Positions 1-8,382 of a stretch of DNA of 64,000 bases are shown in pieces. Both the position numbers and the translations under genes were made by a program. The number at the start of each line of letters is the position of its first letter. Within the stretch, counting starts at the first letter, position 1. The notes below the pieces were generated by a model. That model did no database searches and was not told the origin of the DNA. It saw only the letters and a program-made list of their open reading frames with translations. This DNA comes from an uncultured delta proteobacterium (lineage in GTDB: Bacteria > Myxococcota_A > Polyangia > Fen-1088), in NCBI GenBank assembly GCA_963767925.1, contig CAVYGB010000002.1:2048001-2112000 (forward strand). The letters run 5' to 3'.

Positions 1-1997
1 CGCGCACCACCGTCGTCGTCCTGCTCTTCGGGTTGCTTCTCTATCTGCCCTTCGCCGGCAGCTACGGCCTCTGGGATCCCTGGGAGACGCACTACTCGGA
101 GGTCGCCCGCCAGATGACCCACCGGGGCGACTTCATCAGCCTGTGGTGGCCCTGCTCGCCGCGCGAGACCGTCGTCTTCCAGACCAAGCCGGTCCTCACC
201 TTCTGGCTCATGAGCCTGGGCATGCACGTGGCCCGCGTCGGGCTGCCGGGCGGGGCGCCGGGGGAGATGGCCCTCGGCACCGCGGCCGAGTGGGCGGTGC
301 GCGTCCCCTTCTGCCTGCTCGGGGTGATGGGCCTTTACGGCGTCTACCTCGTCACCTCCCGCCTGGCCAGCCGCCGGGCCGGCGTGTTCGCCGCGATCGC
401 CACCGGGACCTGCCCGATCTACGCCCTCGTCGCCCGCCAGGCCATGACCGACATGACCTTCGTCGGCCCCGCCACCCTGGCCATCGCCCTCGCCGCCCTC
501 GCCCTGCTCGACAGCGACGAGAAGGAGCTGCCCCGCCGCGGCCGCGGCTGGTGGAGCTGGCCCCACCACCCCCTCTTTTATCTCACGCTCGGCACCTTCC
601 TCCTGCTCACGGTCCCCCAGCTCCTGATCGATTCCACCGCCCTGCGCGTGCGCATGCCCTGGGGCGACCGCCTCGTCACCATGTACGGCGTGGTGGTGAT
701 GATCCCCTACTGGGTGGGGCTCGTCGCCGTCGTGCTCGTCGCCGCGCGCAGCCGCTACCGCCGCCCCCTCTACCTCTACATCGCCGCCGCGCTCTGCGGG
801 CTGGCGGTGCTGGGCAAGGGGCTCGCCGGCCTGGGCCTCCCGGTCATCATCTTCACCGCCTACGTCCTGTTCACCGGGCAGTGGCGCCGCCTCCGCGGGC
901 GGCAGATGCCCCTCGGCATCCTCGTGTCGCTGCTGGTGGTGGCGGTGGTGGCCGTCCCCTGGCACCACGCCATGTACCTGCGCCACGGGGCGCCCTGGTG
1001 GAACGAGCTGTTCGGGGACAACCACTGGACGCGGATGATGATCGGCCGCCACGGCGACACCGGCTCGTTCGAATATTTCCTGCGCGAGCTCGGCTACGGG
1101 GCCTGGCCCTGGGTGGCGCTGGCCCCCGCCGCCCTGGCCTGGGCCACCTCGGTGCGCGACGACCGCCGGCCGGTGCTCTGGCTGGGGGTGGTCTGGTTCG
1201 TGATGGCCTATTCGATCGTGTCGGCCTCCATGACCAAGTTCCACCATTACATCCTGCCGGCCATCCCCGGCCTCGGCATCGTCCTGGGCTGCTTCCTCGA
1301 TCGCCTGTGGAGCGACCGCCGCCGCGTCACCGCCGCCGCCCCCGCCGCCCTGCTGGGCCTGCCCCTGCTGGGGCTGGTCACCGCCGACCTGCTCGGCAGC
1401 AAGAACGCCGCCCAGCGCTTCCTCTGGCTGTTCTCCTACGACTACGTCCACAGCAAGACCGGCCGGGCCTGGCCCGACGCCCTCGACTTCCGCCCCTACC
1501 TCATCGCCCTCGCCGTGCTGCTCGCCCTCACCACCGCCGCCCTCGTCTTCCGCCGCACCACCCGGGCGGGGCTGCTGGGCCTGGCCGGCGCCGCCGTCCT
1601 CTGCACCTACTTCCTGCTCGACGTGTTCATGCCGGGCGTGGCCCCCTACTGGTCGCAGAAGGGCGTCGTCGCCACCTACTACAAGAACCGGCGCGGGCCC
1701 GAGGAGCGCCTCGTCGCCTACCAGATGTTCTGGCGGGGCGAGAGCTTTTACACGAAGAACGAGATCTACGAGGGCCCCGAGGAGGAGCGCACCGTCTTCG
1801 ACAGCGACGACAGCGAGGAGAACCTCAAGAAGATGCAGGCCTGGATGGCCCGCAACCGGGGCCGCCGCCACTTCTTCCTGTTCGAGAACGCCCGCGAAGC
1901 CCAGCTCCGCGGCGCCTTGCCCCCCGAGGTTCAGCCGAGCTTCCGGGTCCTCGACCGCACCAACAACAAGTTCTCGCTCGCCGTCGCCGAGTTGTAG
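1..1997 (+). CDS. ArnT/GT39-like (GT-C, PMT_2) integral membrane glycosyltransferase, probably 5'-truncated by the window edge
   Basis: Contains LWDPWETHYSEVARQM, F.TKP.L.FW, EWAVRVP, LGKG and TKFHHYILPA.P motifs typical of ArnT-family proteins. Many hydrophobic segments. The frame is open upstream of the TTG at 33. Confidence 0.85.
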   Translation, partial: RTTVVVLLFGLLLYLPFAGSYGLWDPWETHYSEVARQMTHRGDFISLWWPCSPRETVVFQTKPVLTFWLMSLGMHVARVGLPGGAPGEMALGTAAEWAVRVPFCLLGVMGLYGVYLVTSRLASRRAGVFAAIATGTCPIYALVARQAMTDMTFVGPATLAIALAALALLDSDEKELPRRGRGWWSWPHHPLFYLTLGTFLLLTVPQLLIDSTALRVRMPWGDRLVTMYGVVVMIPYWVGLVAVVLVAARSRYRRPLYLYIAAALCGLAVLGKGLAGLGLPVIIFTAYVLFTGQWRRLRGRQMPLGILVSLLVVAVVAVPWHHAMYLRHGAPWWNELFGDNHWTRMMIGRHGDTGSFEYFLRELGYGAWPWVALAPAALAWATSVRDDRRPVLWLGVVWFVMAYSIVSASMTKFHHYILPAIPGLGIVLGCFLDRLWSDRRRVTAAAPAALLGLPLLGLVTADLLGSKNAAQRFLWLFSYDYVHSKTGRAWPDALDFRPYLIALAVLLALTTAALVFRRTTRAGLLGLAGAAVLCTYFLLDVFMPGVAPYWSQKGVVATYYKNRRGPEERLVAYQMFWRGESFYTKNEIYEGPEEERTVFDSDDSEENLKKMQAWMARNRGRRHFFLFENAREAQLRGALPPEVQPSFRVLDRTNNKFSLAVAEL

Positions 1998-2993
1998 TCA
2001 AAAGACGAAGGGGATGTCGAGCTGGACGATGCGGTCCTTGCGCGTCGTCATGGGAGCGTCGATCCCCTGGGCGTAGGCGATTCCGGGGCGCAGCCAGCGG
2101 TTGCCGACCTTGAAGTGGGCCCGGGGCCCCAGGGCGAAGCTCAGGGTCTCGCGGCGGTCGGGCCACGTGTCGAGCATCGCCGGGCTCGACAGCCAGCGCT
2201 GGAAGCGCAGCTCGCCGCCCAGCGACAGCATCGGCAGCAGGAAGTACCCGAGGTGCAGGCCGCTGGTGAAGTTGGTGCGGGACCGGTCCCGCTCCACCGC
2301 CGGGTTGCGCACCCGCACGAGCTGCAACACGGTGGCCTCGACCTGCGCGGTGAAGCCGGCCCGGCTGTAGGCCAGCCCAACCCCGGGGATGGCGGTGAAG
2401 TAGTTGACCGCAAACAGGGCGTTGTCCATGGCCGAGCGCGCGTTGATCCCCGCCGCCGCCGCCGCCGCCGTGGCGTTCATCCCGGCCGGGGCGCCGCCCC
2501 CCTGTCCGATGGGGAGGGTGAACCCCAGAAACAGGGCCAGCTTCAGCCCTGGCGCCAGGTCGAACGAGGAGGTGGCCCCCACCAGGGGGTTGACGAAGGC
2601 GTTGCCGGTCCCGGGCGCGGTGCCCGGCGTGTTGTGGATGTAGGCCAGGCGCACCACCGGCGCGAACCGGGGCAGCAGCCGGTACGACAGCAGCAGGGTG
2701 GAGGCCACCGTGCTGGCCGAGGTGCCGCCCAGCTCGTGGAAGGACACGGTCGTGTCGGACCTGACCACGCTGGCCGCGGTGATCGGCCGGAGCTGCCAGG
2801 GCAGCGAATAGGGCGGGGGCGGGGCGGCGGGGGCGGGGCTCGCCGCCGCCGGGCTTGTGGAGACCGACCCGCTGGGCAGCTGCGCCCGGGCCGGCCGGTC
2901 CGCGGCGCCCGCCAGCGCCGCCACCAGGATCCCCACCCCCGCCAGGCGTCCCCTGCCCGGGCGACTGTGACGGCGCTCTTGCTCTCGCTTCAT
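1998..2993 (-). CDS. Secreted, probable outer-membrane beta-barrel protein
   Basis: GAGGAGG Shine-Dalgarno upstream of ATG 2993. Signal peptide ending PARA-Q, alternating amphipathic beta-strand pattern, C-terminal ...LDIPFVF (terminal Phe). Confidence 0.65.
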   Translation of the reverse strand: MKREQERRHSRPGRGRLAGVGILVAALAGAADRPARAQLPSGSVSTSPAAASPAPAAPPPPYSLPWQLRPITAASVVRSDTTVSFHELGGTSASTVASTLLLSYRLLPRFAPVVRLAYIHNTPGTAPGTGNAFVNPLVGATSSFDLAPGLKLALFLGFTLPIGQGGGAPAGMNATAAAAAAGINARSAMDNALFAVNYFTAIPGVGLAYSRAGFTAQVEATVLQLVRVRNPAVERDRSRTNFTSGLHLGYFLLPMLSLGGELRFQRWLSSPAMLDTWPDRRETLSFALGPRAHFKVGNRWLRPGIAYAQGIDAPMTTRKDRIVQLDIPFVF

Positions 2994-3236
2994 GCTGGCC
3001 TCCTCGTCGTTCATGATCGTCGGAGGCCAGTGTCGACAATGGCGGGTTTCCTGGAATGGTCACCTGCCGCAACGGTTCGTAACTTCGCCTGAAACGATCT
3101 TCGGCCGTCGCGATCGCGCCCGATCGCGACCGTTGACCCGGCGGCAACCGAAGATTTACCTCGCCGCGGACCGCCCGAAATCTGCGGTTTTGCGGCTTTG
3201 AAGGTCCGGTGCCCGGAACGTTATAAAGGTGGGACG

Positions 3237-6200
3237 ATGGCCGCCCCCAGCGATGCGCCCGGACGGGCACCGGACGAACCGGTGCGCGCCGGAGGTGCGT
3301 TCGTCGGGCGCAGCCGCGAGCTCGACGAGATCCTCGCCGCCCTCGAGGAGGCGCTGTCCGGGCGGGGCCGCCTGCTGCTGCTGGTGGGCGAGCCGGGCAT
3401 CGGCAAGACCCGCCTGGCCGACGAGGCCACCCGGGCGGCGGCCGAGCGCGCCGTCCCCGTCTTCTGGGGGCGGGCCTGGGAGGCGGGGGGCGCCCCGGCC
3501 TATTGGCCCTGGCTCGACGTGCTCGACAACCTCGTCGAGCGGCTCGACGACAAGGCCCTGCGCGACAGCCTCGGCGAGGGGCTCCCCCTCGTCGCGGCGC
3601 TGGTCCCGCGCTTGCGGGCGCGCCTGGGCGAGTCGCCCGCCGCCACCGCCGCCCCCAGCCCCGACGAGGCCCGCTTCCGCCTCTGGCGCGCGGTGGGCGG
3701 GCTGGTGCGGGCGGCGGCCGCCCCCGCCGGCCTGGTGGTCGTGCTCGACGACCTGCACTCGGCCGACGAGGCCTCGCTGGCGCTGCTGCAGTTCGTGGCC
3801 CGTGAGCTGCGCGCCACCCGCCTGCTGCTGCTGGCCACCTACCGCGACGTCGAGGCCCGCCTGACCCGCGGCGCCGGCGATCTCATCGGCCGCATCAGCC
3901 GCGAGGGGACGTCGCTGACCCTGGGGCGGCTCGATCGCGAGGCGGCCGCCCTGCTGCTGCGCCAGCGCACGCCGGGCCTCGAGCCGGCGGTGGAGAAGCG
4001 CATCTTCGACAGCACCCAGGGCAACCCGCTGTTCCTGCACGAGCTGGCCCGCCTGGTGAGCGAGCAGGGGGGCTTCGCCCTGGCCGCGGGCGAGCTGCCG
4101 GAGGGCGTGCGCGAGGTGATCCGCCAGCGCCTCGACCGGGTGCCGGCCGAGGCCAAGGCCCTGCTCGATCTGGCCGCGGTGGCGGGCGACGAGATCGACC
4201 TGGCCGTGCTGGCGGCCGCCTCGGGCCGGGCTCTGCCCGCCGTGCTCGACGATCTGCGGGCCGCCACCCGGGCTGGCGTGCTGGTCGAGCGGGACGGACG
4301 CCGGCGGTTCTCCCACGCCCTGGTGCGCGAGGTCCTGTACACCGACCTGCCCGCCAGCGAGCGCCAGGCCCGGCACGGGGCGGTGGCGGGCGCGCTCGAG
4401 CAGCTCCGCGGCGGCGAGCCCCAGGCTCCGCTGGCCGAGCTGGCCCACCACGGCTTCGCCGGTCCCCCGGCCGGCATCCCCCGCGCGGTCGACCACGCCG
4501 TGGCGGCCGCTACCCGCTCGCTGGGCCTGGCCGCTTACGCCGAGGCGGTGGCCATCCTGGAGCGCGCCGCCGCCGCCGTCGAGGCGGCGGGCAACCCCAC
4601 CGCCCTGCGGGCCCGGGTGGTGCTGGCCCTCGCCGAGGCCCGCATCCGGGTGGGCGAGACCGAGATCGGCAAGACCCTCTGCCGCCAGGTGGCGCTGGCC
4701 GCCCGCGCGCTGGGCGACTCCACCCTGCTGGGGCAGGCCGCGCTCACCTACGGCCTGGTGTTCGCCTTCGCCATCGTCGACCCGGTGCTGGTACAGATGC
4801 TCGAGGAGTCGCTCGAGGCGCTCCCCGCCGGGGACAGCGCCCTGCGGGTGCAGCTCCTGGCCCGCCTGGGGGCGGCGCTGCAGCCCGCCCAGTGCACCGA
4901 CGAGCCGGTGCGCGTGGCCCGCGAGGCGATCGAGATGGCCCGCCGGCTCGACGACCGGCCGACCCTGCTGGGCGCGCTGGTGGCCGGCATCTCGGCGCTG
5001 ATGGATGTGGTCTCGGCCCGCGAGCGGCTGAGCCTCAACCTGGAGGCGGCCGCCCTGGCGGTCGAGCTCGGGGACCGGGAGCGCCTCCTGCGCACGCAGT
5101 CGCGGCTGGCCCTCGACCACGCCGAGCTGGGCGAGTTCGCCGCCGCCGACGTTCGCATCGAGGCCTTCGAGACCCTGGCCAAGGAGCTGCACGCCCCCTG
5201 GTACCAGTGGCGGGCGGTGCTCTTGCGGGCCATGCGGGCGCTGATCCACGGGCATTTCGCCGAGGCCGAGGCGCTGGCGGCGGAGGCCGAGCGGATGGGC
5301 CGGGAGGCCGGCGATCAGCAGGTCGAGCGTTGCATGAGCCTGCACCGCGATGGGCAGCTCCGGGCCATGGAGCGGCACGAGGAGATGCTCACCCACGGCG
5401 CCCTGGCCCGGCAGCACTGGGTCCGCTTCGGGATGGCGGGCGACGTCTGGCAGTGGCTCGCCAGCGCCCTGGCCAGCTCGCGGGTGGAGGACGCCGAGGC
5501 CACCTTCCGGCACCTGGGCCGCGTCCCGCCGGCCTCGATGCCCACCGGCGACAACGTGTACGCCCTGTTCTACATGGGCGAGCCGGTGGCCTTCGCCGGA
5601 AACGAGGCGGACGCGGCTCGCCTGTACGACATGTTGTTCCCGGCCGCCGACCGCGACGTCCTGCTCGGCATGTCCCAGGTGCTCTGGGAGGGCCCGGTGG
5701 CCCGGCTGCTCGCCCTGCTGGCGGTCCGCCTCGGCCGGTGGGAGGTGGCCGAGGGCCACTTCGGGGCGGCGATCGATCGCTGCCGGAGGCTCGAAGCCCG
5801 CCCGTACCTGAACCGCACCCAGTACGAATACGCCCGCGCCCTGCAGGCCCGGGCCGCCCCTGGCGACGCCGAGCGCGCCGCCGCCCTGTTCGCCGAGGCG
5901 GCCGCCGGCGCCGAGGCGCTCGGCCAGACCGGCCTGCTGCGCCTGATCGACCGCCGCCACCCCCGCGCCGCCCCGGCCGCTGGCGCCGGCCCGATCGCTG
6001 GAGCTTCGCCCGCCGGATCCGCCGCCGCCGCTGGTTCCGCCCTCGCGGGATCCGCGGCCGCCGCTGCACCCGGCAGCGCCGCGCCCCCCTCCGCGCCGGA
6101 CGCGCTCCCCTTCGCCTTGACCCGGGAGGGGGAGTACTGGACGGTCGGCTACCAGGGAGCCACCTTCCGCCTGAAGGACAGCCTCGGCCTGCGCTACCTC

Positions 6201-6647
6201 GAGCGCCTGCTGTCGCAGCCCGACCAGGAGGTGCACGTGCTCGAGCTGGCGGGCGGGCGGGAGGCCAGCGGCGAGGGCCCGGCGCTCGTCGACGCCGGGG
6301 ACGCCGGCGAGCTGCTCGACCCCGAGGCCCGCGAGAGCTACCGCCGCCGCCTCGAGGACCTGCGCGAGGAGCTGGTCGAGGCCGAGGCGGCCGGCGACTC
6401 GCTGCGCGCCTCCCGGGCCCACGCGGAGATCGAGTTTCTCGGCGCCGAGCTGAGCCGCGCCGTCGGGCTGGGCGGCCGCGGCCGGCGCGCGGGCGGCGCC
6501 GCCGAGCGCGCCCGCAGCGCCGTCCAGCGCCGCATCCGCAACGCCCTCGACCGCATCGCCGAAAACGCCCCCCCGCTCTCGGAATACCTCGAACAGACCG
6601 TGAAGACCGGCACCTTCTGCGTCTTCCGCCCGAAGCGATCGGCTTGA
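3237..6647 (+). CDS. STAND/LAL-like AAA_16 ATPase regulator with helical repeat region and conserved C-terminal putative DNA-binding domain
   Basis: FVGRSREL, Walker A GEPGIGKT, Walker B VVLDDLHSAD, GNPLFL, FSHALVRE. C-terminus GLRYLERLLSQPDQEVHVLEL...ERARSAVQRRIRNALDRI...KTGTFC. Paralogous to 24408..27449. Confidence 0.85.
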   Translation: MAAPSDAPGRAPDEPVRAGGAFVGRSRELDEILAALEEALSGRGRLLLLVGEPGIGKTRLADEATRAAAERAVPVFWGRAWEAGGAPAYWPWLDVLDNLVERLDDKALRDSLGEGLPLVAALVPRLRARLGESPAATAAPSPDEARFRLWRAVGGLVRAAAAPAGLVVVLDDLHSADEASLALLQFVARELRATRLLLLATYRDVEARLTRGAGDLIGRISREGTSLTLGRLDREAAALLLRQRTPGLEPAVEKRIFDSTQGNPLFLHELARLVSEQGGFALAAGELPEGVREVIRQRLDRVPAEAKALLDLAAVAGDEIDLAVLAAASGRALPAVLDDLRAATRAGVLVERDGRRRFSHALVREVLYTDLPASERQARHGAVAGALEQLRGGEPQAPLAELAHHGFAGPPAGIPRAVDHAVAAATRSLGLAAYAEAVAILERAAAAVEAAGNPTALRARVVLALAEARIRVGETEIGKTLCRQVALAARALGDSTLLGQAALTYGLVFAFAIVDPVLVQMLEESLEALPAGDSALRVQLLARLGAALQPAQCTDEPVRVAREAIEMARRLDDRPTLLGALVAGISALMDVVSARERLSLNLEAAALAVELGDRERLLRTQSRLALDHAELGEFAAADVRIEAFETLAKELHAPWYQWRAVLLRAMRALIHGHFAEAEALAAEAERMGREAGDQQVERCMSLHRDGQLRAMERHEEMLTHGALARQHWVRFGMAGDVWQWLASALASSRVEDAEATFRHLGRVPPASMPTGDNVYALFYMGEPVAFAGNEADAARLYDMLFPAADRDVLLGMSQVLWEGPVARLLALLAVRLGRWEVAEGHFGAAIDRCRRLEARPYLNRTQYEYARALQARAAPGDAERAAALFAEAAAGAEALGQTGLLRLIDRRHPRAAPAAGAGPIAGASPAGSAAAAGSALAGSAAAAAPGSAAPPSAPDALPFALTREGEYWTVGYQGATFRLKDSLGLRYLERLLSQPDQEVHVLELAGGREASGEGPALVDAGDAGELLDPEARESYRRRLEDLREELVEAEAAGDSLRASRAHAEIEFLGAELSRAVGLGGRGRRAGGAAERARSAVQRRIRNALDRIAENAPPLSEYLEQTVKTGTFCVFRPKRSA

Positions 6648-6650
6648 CCC

Positions 6651-6898
6651 CAGACCCCTCACCCCACCCTCTCCCCGCTTCGCGGGGCGAGGGCGAACAA
6701 TTGGCGGAGGTGCCCCCGTCATCCTCCGGGTGGTGAGGGGACGGATTCACCGGGATTTCCGCGCTACCGTTGCCCCTTCGACGGAGGTGCCCCCGTCGTC
6801 CGGGTGGTGAGGGGACGGATTCACCGGGATTTCCGCGTTACCGTTGCCCGTTCGCCCTCGCCCCGCGGCAGCGGGGAGAGGGTGGGGTGAGGGGTCTG
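6651..6898. repeat. REP doublet (REPIN-like): ~48-bp inverted arms enclosing two ~70-bp direct repeats
   Basis: 6651-6698 CAGACCCCTCACCCCACCCTCTCCCCGCTTCGCGGGGCGAGGGCGAAC is the near-perfect reverse complement of 6850-6898. The internal segments 6705-6775 and 6782-6849 are near-identical. Confidence 0.9.
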
Positions 6899-6910
6899 CC
6901 GGGCCCGCGG

Positions 6911-7993
6911 TCAGAGGGTGCGGCGGAAGTGGGCGATGGCGGCGGCGGCGGCCGACGAGACGGTGCGGGGCTGGTCGTAGAAGTCCGACTGCAGCCCGTC
7001 CACCTCGACCACGTCGTGCGGTCCCTTCATCCGCGCGGCGAAGGCCCGCGCCCCCTCCGGCGTGGTGGTGCGGGCGCCGGTGATGATCCGGGTCGGCACC
7101 CCGACGTGGTCGGCCAGGGCGATGGGATCGAACTCCAGCCACTCCGTCCAGGACATCACCGCGAAGCGGGGCTGCCACTGCGGGATGGCACCGCGCCTCG
7201 GGCTGAGGTAGTAGTCCATCGGATCGCCGTAGCCGAACATCGCCGCGCTGGGGTCGGTGGCGCTGGCCACCTTGACGTAGCTGACGATGCCCGACTCGCC
7301 GAAGATCTGGCGGGCCATCTTGCCCTGCTCCATCCGCTGCGACACCCCCATCTCGCCCCCGTAGATCTGGCGGACGATCTCCTTGTTGTGCAGCCAGGGC
7401 GCCACCATGGCGATGCTCTTGATGCCCGGGTCCTCCTGGGCAGCCAGGGCGGTGTAGCCCGCGCTGGCGCAGATGGCGAGCACGCCGATGCGACGGCTAT
7501 CGATGCCGCCGTTGGCCTGCAGGAAGGCCACCGCCGCGCGGATGTCCTCGGACTTGAGCTTCGGCGACTCCACGTCGCGGGGCAGGCCCTCGCTCTCGCC
7601 GAAGCCCCGGAAGTCGAAGATCAGCGTGGCGTAGCCCGCCTCCGCGAGGATGGGGGCGTAGCGCGCCGGCATCTGCTCTTTCACCGTGGTCCAGGACCCG
7701 GTGACGATCACCGCCGCCGGCAGGTTGGTCGGGTTCTTGGTGGGGCGGAAGTAGAGCTGCCCCACGAGCTGGTTCCCCTGCGAGTTGAAGCTCACCCGGA
7801 CCGATTCCACGCCTCCCGCTTCGGTGGGCGCCGCCACCTCCGCCATCCGGCCGAACGGAAGCCGCCGATTCGCAGCCGGCGTCGGCTGAGCCGCGCACCC
7901 GCAGGCGACGCCGGCCAATGCCAGCGCCCAGGCCCGTCCGCCTCGACCACCACCTACCTGCCCACCATGACATCCAGACTCGAGCCGCCCCAT
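6911..7993 (-). CDS. Alpha/beta hydrolase (YcjY/S15-like, Cys nucleophile), possibly exported
   Basis: GSWTTVKEQM, FDFRGFGESEG.PR, nucleophile elbow AICASAGY. Hydrophobic N-terminal segment with VACGC. The usual catalytic His position reads Q in QSDFYD. Start uncertain. Confidence 0.8.
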   Translation of the reverse strand: MGRLESGCHGGQVGGGRGGRAWALALAGVACGCAAQPTPAANRRLPFGRMAEVAAPTEAGGVESVRVSFNSQGNQLVGQLYFRPTKNPTNLPAAVIVTGSWTTVKEQMPARYAPILAEAGYATLIFDFRGFGESEGLPRDVESPKLKSEDIRAAVAFLQANGGIDSRRIGVLAICASAGYTALAAQEDPGIKSIAMVAPWLHNKEIVRQIYGGEMGVSQRMEQGKMARQIFGESGIVSYVKVASATDPSAAMFGYGDPMDYYLSPRRGAIPQWQPRFAVMSWTEWLEFDPIALADHVGVPTRIITGARTTTPEGARAFAARMKGPHDVVEVDGLQSDFYDQPRTVSSAAAAAIAHFRRTL

Positions 7994-8382
7994 GGCCAAT
8001 GTTCGCCTCCCTGAGGGTATTGGATATTAAAGACGGATCAGAACGATCCCGGCAAGGTGAGCACCGCTGCGACCCGCCCCGCCTCCGCCCACAGCGGCCT
8101 GCCCCGCTGACACCGACCCCGATGAGGACACGATGAAGGACACGACGAAGGCGCGGACCGAAACCAGGAGCCGGCAGCAAGCTGGGTCTCGTCCGCCGCT
8201 TGTAAAGCCCGCCCACGATGGGCCTTTTCCGGCCGGGCCCGCGCCACGCTCGCGCCACGACCTCGCAACGTCCTGTTCACCGAAGGCTCGTTGAACGGAA
8301 GTCAGCAAGTGCCGACAAGCAGCGCTTCCCCCCGCGGGCGCAGCGCGATAGTGTGGACGGCTTCTCCACAGGAGGTACGCGC

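Noticed and set aside
3156..6722. Very long opposite-strand or alternate-frame ORFs (e.g. 3156..6722 -, 9343..12303 -, 24255..27956 +, 30972..35846 -)
   Set aside because: Shadow ORFs caused by extreme GC bias. They mirror genes with clear family motifs and have none of their own.
6705..6849. Cobalamin-riboswitch-like fragment on the minus strand (GGAAATCCCGGTGAATCCG)
   Set aside because: The downstream conserved B12-box elements are missing, and it sits between convergent gene ends rather than in a leader.
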